DNA of 57,509 nt from assembly GCF_006345805.1 (NCBI RefSeq), contig NW_021833072.1, positions 1-57,509 of the forward strand, in the 5' to 3' direction. This document shows, piece after piece, positions 51,719-57,509 of this stretch. Position 1 is the stretch's first letter. The number at the start of each line of letters is the position of its first letter. The notes under the pieces were generated by a model. The model was not told the origin of the DNA. It did no database searches and saw nothing but the letters and a program-made list of their open reading frames with translations. The position numbers and the translations under genes are program-made. This DNA is from Octopus sinensis. Lineage: Eukaryota.

Positions 51719-51771
51719 TATTATTTTTATTATCATTATTATTATCATTATTATTATTATTATTATTATCA

Positions 51772-52410
51772 TTTTATGTTTGACTTTTGCTTTATATTTG
51801 TACAAGTTGGCTCCAAGTCTCACCCAGAGACCTCAAGACACACAAGTTAGAAGTTCATGTTGGTGCTATGCCTAGTGTGCCATATATTTGGGGTTTTTTT
51901 TAGTGTTGTACTAGTGAATGTCTAAAAAACAAAACATACGGAAATTATGTTTGTTTTAAAACTTGAGATTTCATAGAAAGTATTTTGCGTAGGATATGAG
52001 CAGTTCCCATGAGCACTATCTTTTGAATTTCTGCCATTTTGGGGTTTCCTGGTATCTGAGTTAGGTAGCAATTAGTCCCTTTCGCTATCATTCCCAGGGC
52101 ACCTATGACAACAGGTATTGTTTTAGTCTTCAGGTTCCACACTTTGCTGATTTCTATTCCAAGATATTTATACTCGCTCAGTTTTTGGTAGGTCTTGACA
52201 AATAGTTTATATCGATGGGGACAGTCATATCAATGAGGAGGCATGTTCTTTGTCTGAAGTCTTTCATATGATATGTCTGGCCTATTTGCATCTATCTTTC
52301 TGTCAGTTTGAATGGTGAAGTTCCAGAGGAGTGAGATGCGGTCATTTTCAAGCACTGGGGGTGGTTTGTGTTCCCACCAGTTTTTTTCATGGGGTAAATC
52401 CAGGTTTTTA
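51772..52410 (-). mobile_element. 5'-truncated R4/Dong-like LINE (family 2) in (TAT)n
   Basis: MWNLKTKTIPVVIGALG...GTAHILRKILSM plus the same 3' UTR end (aagtcaaacata) as 14439-16078. Confidence 0.88.
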
Positions 52411-52412
52411 TG

Positions 52413-52455
<43 letters not shown>

Positions 52456-52484
52456 TATGTTATTATATTATTATTATTATTATT

Positions 52485-53076
52485 GAGTGAGAGAGCAGTG
52501 CATGCCATCAAAGTGACACTGGGGTGTAAAATATACGAAGCCCAGTATACCCATCATGACTACCCGTCTGATAAGGGTACACCAGGCACATGCATCACAA
52601 CCATATGTGCGCGATATGGTGATCTCATATCAAGATAAACAGCACATGACCTTGCAGGTGGGGCCCAGTTAGAATTTTCTTCAGGTTGAGTAGCCCATCC
52701 CGCTCAAAAGGTCCCGAATAAGGGTTGTTTAAGGATGTTGAAAGAACCACCCATGTTTCCAGAGGTGAATTATTCAAACCCTAAAGAATCCCCTTCAACA
52801 CATGGCTATGATGCTCCCCCACTACTTCTGCTCGTGATCAGAGATGCACATATCGTCAGCCACTAAGGGACATGCTCAACTGGTTAAGGTCAAACAACTG
52901 ACAAGCAAATCTGTGGTATTGAGCAGAATATTTGCTGTAGCCCATCTTTTATACCAAGACAAAACAATGTACATGATAACACTTCCAATCAGTTAAGATC
53001 AGAAGCCATGAGAGTCAATGCCTGGTACTGCATCAGGGCATTTTAGTCAATGCCTGGTACTGCATCAGGGCATTTT
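52485..53076 (-). mobile_element. Non-coding ~555-bp element in (TAT)n, copy 3, with a 32-bp terminal tandem duplication
   Basis: agtcaatgcctggtactgcatcagggcatttt occurs twice at 53013-53076. Confidence 0.75.
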
Positions 53077-53254
53077 ATTATTATTATTATTATTATTATC
53101 ATCATTATTATTATTATTATCATTATTATCATTATTATTATCATTATTATTATTATCATCATCATCATCATCATCATTATTACTATTATCATTATTATTA
53201 TTATCATTATTATCATCATCATCATCATCATCATTATTATTATTATTATTATTA

Positions 53255-53285
<31 letters not shown>

Positions 53286-53431
53286 CATCATCATCATCAT
53301 CATTTTATTATTATTATTATTATCATTATTATTATATATTATTATTATTATCATCATCATCATCTCATCATCTCATCATCATCATCATTATTATTATTAT
53401 TATCATCATCATATCATCATCATCATTATTA

Positions 53432-53486
<55 letters not shown>

Positions 53487-53591
53487 TTCTCCTCACTGAG
53501 GCCCAGGGCTCAAATTTTTAATGAGAGTTTAAATTATAAAATTTTAAAATGTTAAAGGTGTGAAAAATATCGACGAAGATGGTGAACTGAC

Positions 53592-53927
53592 CTTCCAGAT
53601 ACTTTGGACTGGAAACATCTGAGTCATTTAAAGAACATTGGTACGATGTTGCATCGCTGCAATTGAGTTTGTTTTTCCAGCACTCAACCTCACCATAATC
53701 TGATCCAGGGGACAAGGAGAGAGAATAACAAAAGAAAGTATTTATTTTTTTTAAAGTTATAAAGTGATTCTTCGTTTTGTTGAATTCCATCCGGACAACT
53801 TCGGTGTTGTTTTGAAGAAGGCTAAACGTGGTTAAGTTGCTCGCTTTATATCGACATTTAATCCTCAGACTTCTTAGATCTCCAATAGGGAATCTATCAA
53901 CCGGTGATAATTCTGTTACTTCAATGG
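53592..53927 (-). CDS. Gene C Ig-like D1 exon
   Basis: 336 nt open, phase 1-1; IEVTELSPVDRFPIG...IKC...FFC...EVECWKNKLNCSDATSYQC; donor ag|gtcagt; acceptor is A15-CAG. Confidence 0.82.
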
Positions 53928-54019
53928 CTGTTTTTTTTTTTTTTTGGTGGGGAGAGAAGAAAACAAAATGAAAAAATGAGAAAATTTATGAAACGAAAGT
54001 TTAATAAAAAGTAACAAGA

Positions 54020-54372
54020 AGGTGGAGTGGGTGGGGGGTAGGGCGGTTTTTGAAGTGGGTGGGGGTGGAGGGAGGGGGTGGAGGTGGGGGTGGAGGAAGA
54101 AGAGGTGGGGGTGGAGGAAGAGGAGGAGGAAGAGGAGGAGGTGGTGGGAAGAAGAAGAGAGATGGAGGAATAGGTGATGTGGGGAGGAGGTGGAGGAAGA
54201 AGAGGGGAGGAAGAGGAAGAGGGGTGAGGGGGAGGGGAGGGGAGGAGGGGAGGGGGGGGAGGGGAGGAAGGAGGGGAGGAGAAGGGGTGGAGGAAGAGGA
54301 GAGGTGGTAGGAGGAGGAGGGGGAGGAGGAGGGGGAGGAGGAGGTATGGTGGGGGAGGAGGATGAGGAGGAG
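54020..54372. repeat. G-rich polypurine tract (pyrimidine tract on the gene C sense strand)
   Basis: Many G3-G6 runs; occupies the position of the shorter CT-rich tracts upstream of the D1 exons in genes A and B. Confidence 0.9.
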
Positions 54373-54626
54373 TTAACCACAGCAAACACAAAACGAAAAG
54401 AAGGGAATTTCGTCTGAATTCCTGAGAACAAGAATTACCATTCTTACCTGAAGGGCGTTGAATTGTTCTCCAGAGTCAGGTTGAGGCATGCAACAGTTCT
54501 TTATTTTTTTTTCTTTCGAATCAGTCATGTGACCAAATACGTCATATGAAGAATCAAACAAAAGAATTAGGTCCTGTAACCCCTACACACCGTGATTTAG
54601 TAGGGCACAGTCGTTTGTATATTAAA

Positions 54627-55003
54627 CTAGCAGTATCGCCCGGCGTTGCTCGGGTTTATAAGGGAAATAACTATATAAGCATTTTTAGAGAGTTATAGCC
54701 AAAAAGTAGCAAAAAAATGCATTAAAAATGGAAAAAAAATTATGGTAATTTTTTTTTAAAATCGTTGATTCATCGTAGACATTTTTAGAGAGTTACTTCC
54801 CTTATTAATAGCGAAAAAAGTGCATTAAAAATGGAAAAAAAAATTATGGTAATTTTTTTTAATCGTAGATCATCGTAGACGCGCGCTAATACCCAGAAGG
54901 GCTCGATATGAATGACGACTATAAGATACCCGGTTTTGGTTAAACTGCACCGCAAAATGTGGGAGTAGTTAGAAATCTAAATCTTGACTTTTATATATAA
55001 AGA
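54627..55003 (-). mobile_element. Non-autonomous Helitron-like element
   Basis: actagcagtatcgcccggcgttgctcggg end; internal similarity to 40260-40380 and 24110-24290. Confidence 0.65.
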
Positions 55004-55194
55004 TTTAAGACAACAACAATACATCATAGCACTCCACCGCTGCCACAACCATCATCACAACCATACCATCACAGCACAATCCTATCATACTACACCATAA
55101 CACAACAATATCCTCTCTCCAAACACGTTCAATATTAGGTTACTTCACATAAAATGTCACGTTTTTAACCACTTCTTTAATTCAGTCATTTAAA

Positions 55195-56372
55195 TACTCT
55201 TTTACTCTTTTACTTGCTTCAGTCATTTGACTGCGGCCATGCTGGAGCACTGAATTTAGTCGAGCAAATCGACCCCAGGACGTATTCTTTGTAAGCCTGG
55301 TACTTATTCTATCGGTTCTCTTTTGCCGAACCGCTAAGTTACGGGGACGTAAACACTCCAACATCGGTTGTCAAACGATGTTGGGGGAACAAACACAAAC
55401 ACATAAACACACACACACACACATACACACACACACACACACATACACCACACTATATATATATATATATATACATACACATATACGACGGGCTTCTCTC
55501 AGTTTCCGTCTACCAAATCCACTCACAAGGCTTTGGTCGGCCCGAGGCTATAGTAGAAGACACTTGCCCAAGGTGCCACGCAGCGGGAATGAACACGGAA
55601 CCATGTGGTTGGTAAGCAAGCTTCTTACCACACACTCACGCCTACATATATATATATATATATATATATAACCTGCAAAGCTAAGTATATATTATATTTA
55701 AGATATTTTACTTTAAAATTTTATATTTTAATAAGTCTTATTGTATAATTTTGTATTTTATATAAAACTGATTGTATGTAATGATTTAGTTATCGTAGTT
55801 TTTTATATAATTATTAGATTTTAACTCTACGTTTATTCGCAAGTCTTTACTTAACCAAAGAGATATATAGATCGTTAATAGTAATACGAGTTTTTTTAAA
55901 GTTAGGTTTCATGTATATACATCTATTGATAGCATAAATTTTAGTCTTTAGTAACTACATTTGTTGATACTCTCTCTTTTACTCTTTTACTTGTTTCAGT
56001 CATTTGACTGCGGCCATGCTGGAGCACCGCCTTTAGTCGAGCAATCGACCCCGGGACTTATTCTTTGTAAGCCCAGTACTTATTCTATCGGTCTCTTTCG
56101 CCGAACCGCTAAGTGACGAGGACGTAAACACAGCAGCATCGGTTGTCAAACGCTGTTGGGGGGACAAACACAGACACACAAACACACACATACATATATA
56201 TATATATACATACATATTATCTTTCAGTTTCCGTCTAACCAAATCCACTCACAAGGCATTGGTCGGCCGGGGCTATAGCAGAAGACACTTGCCCAAGATG
56301 CCACGCAGTTGGGACGAACACGGACCATGTGGTTGGTTAGCAAGCTACTTACACACAGCACTCCTGCGCCTG
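55195..56372 (-). mobile_element. Two SINE family B copies (55195-55645; 55975-56372)
   Basis: Family head, body and (actctttt)n tail. Confidence 0.82.
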
Positions 56373-57509
56373 ATAGGTATTTTAAATATTTTATAATCGT
56401 TATTATAAATTCTATATTGCTTTTTCAATTGATAATTGTAGTAGTATTTTTCATTGATAAATATATTCGTAGTATTATGGATACTATATAACAACGGATC
56501 ATTTTTTCATTAATTTCATTAAGTATTTTATTATCATTTAGTTCTTAACTATTCGGCTTTTGTAATTAGCCAACGAGATATATGGATCGTTAATTAGTTA
56601 TAGCGTTCTTTTAAGATAGTTTGTTTGTTTGTTTACAATTTGCTTTTTCATCTTTAATCTTTTAATATATTTCATAAGTAATAATGAATAATTAATTTAT
56701 TAGGTTTTTATTATACGTGCATATATATTTATTGATGGAGATAATTTTAGATCTTAATTATTATATTTATATACATTTATATATATTCATTGATAATTTA
56801 ATTATTATTCAAATATTATATAATTATTTGACTTGAAATTAAATTTAATAATATGAATAGTATTATTTTTTTTGTTAAATATTTAGGTAATTAGATATTG
56901 ACTATAACTCAGATTAGATTATTTGTGGGTTTATTATGTTTTTTTTAAGCCATATTACATCTTAATACGTTTTCTATATATTCTTACCTTAAAAATTAAT
57001 ACTTAAAAATTAATATTTAACATTATAATCGATTGTATGACATAATCATAATGGTTAAAGTTTCTAGTTTGATAATAGAGTTTTTTATAAGAAAAATTAT
57101 TATTTTATTTATTTCTTAAAAAAATATTGTTTAAATATATTTGATTATTTATTAAATATTATCATTAACCTGAAGATTGACTATAACCATAATTCGAACT
57201 ATTAATTGAATTTAAATTATTGTTATTCGAATTAGGTATGGGCATGGAAATGATCGTAGTAGTTTACTATTGTATTTTATATTAAAGTTTCAATACTTTT
57301 TGATAGTATATATATATAATAAAAAAATGTTTTTAATTAAAAAAATTAAATAAATATATAATAAATAAATAAAAATAAAATAATTTAAATAATTTAAATT
57401 TAAATTTTATATTTTGTATATTTTGTATATTATATAATTTTAGTTCTATGTTTTGGCTTATGCTTTCGCTGTTTGATTTGCCATAGTAGTTGGTTTTATC
57501 TCTAATTTA

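Noticed and set aside
50373-54431. Poly-E/K/R/G and poly-P/S ORFs resembling low-complexity proteins
   Set aside because: Translations of polypurine tracts within gene C introns
54373-54561. Strong donor cag|gtaaga at ~54447 as gene C exon 1
   Set aside because: The phase-1 frame has a TGA ~30 nt upstream, no hydrophobic signal peptide and no similarity to exon 1 of genes A or B

Overview
Eukaryotic, repeat-saturated, AT-rich animal genomic DNA, most likely cephalopod (Octopus-type, judged from the tRNA-derived SINE families, mariner and LINE remnants and the extreme microsatellite load; recognised from memory, not searched). The ORF track mostly shows microsatellite artefacts. Hidden in the repeats is a tandem cluster of three paralogous, intron-split genes, assembled by hand from splice sites. 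Gene A is + strand (2441-19262), gene B is + strand (29925-41715) and gene C is - strand (53927-49006, first exon probably outside the window). All share one layout with phase-1 introns: signal-peptide exon, Ig-like D1 exon, Ig-like D2 exon, and a short exon ending in a GPI-type hydrophobic tail. D1 is far more divergent than D2, the A/B duplicates show mosaic (gene-conversion-like) identity, and each copy has a splice or frame anomaly. The introns hold a nest of R4/Dong-like LINEs (one intact 1.2-kaa ORF plus fragments of three other families) and a non-coding ~555-bp passenger element, all inside (TAT)n arrays in one orientation. Also present: Penelope-like remnants with hammerhead-like motifs, non-autonomous Helitrons, mariner relics, an 8-bp-TSD MITE, a 410-bp fold-back palindrome, a 184-bp SINE tandem array and a 2.3-kb minisatellite. 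Coordinates, alignments and percentages are manual estimates. Scattered 1-bp homopolymer indels suggest long-read assembly error, which matters for single-base frameshift calls.
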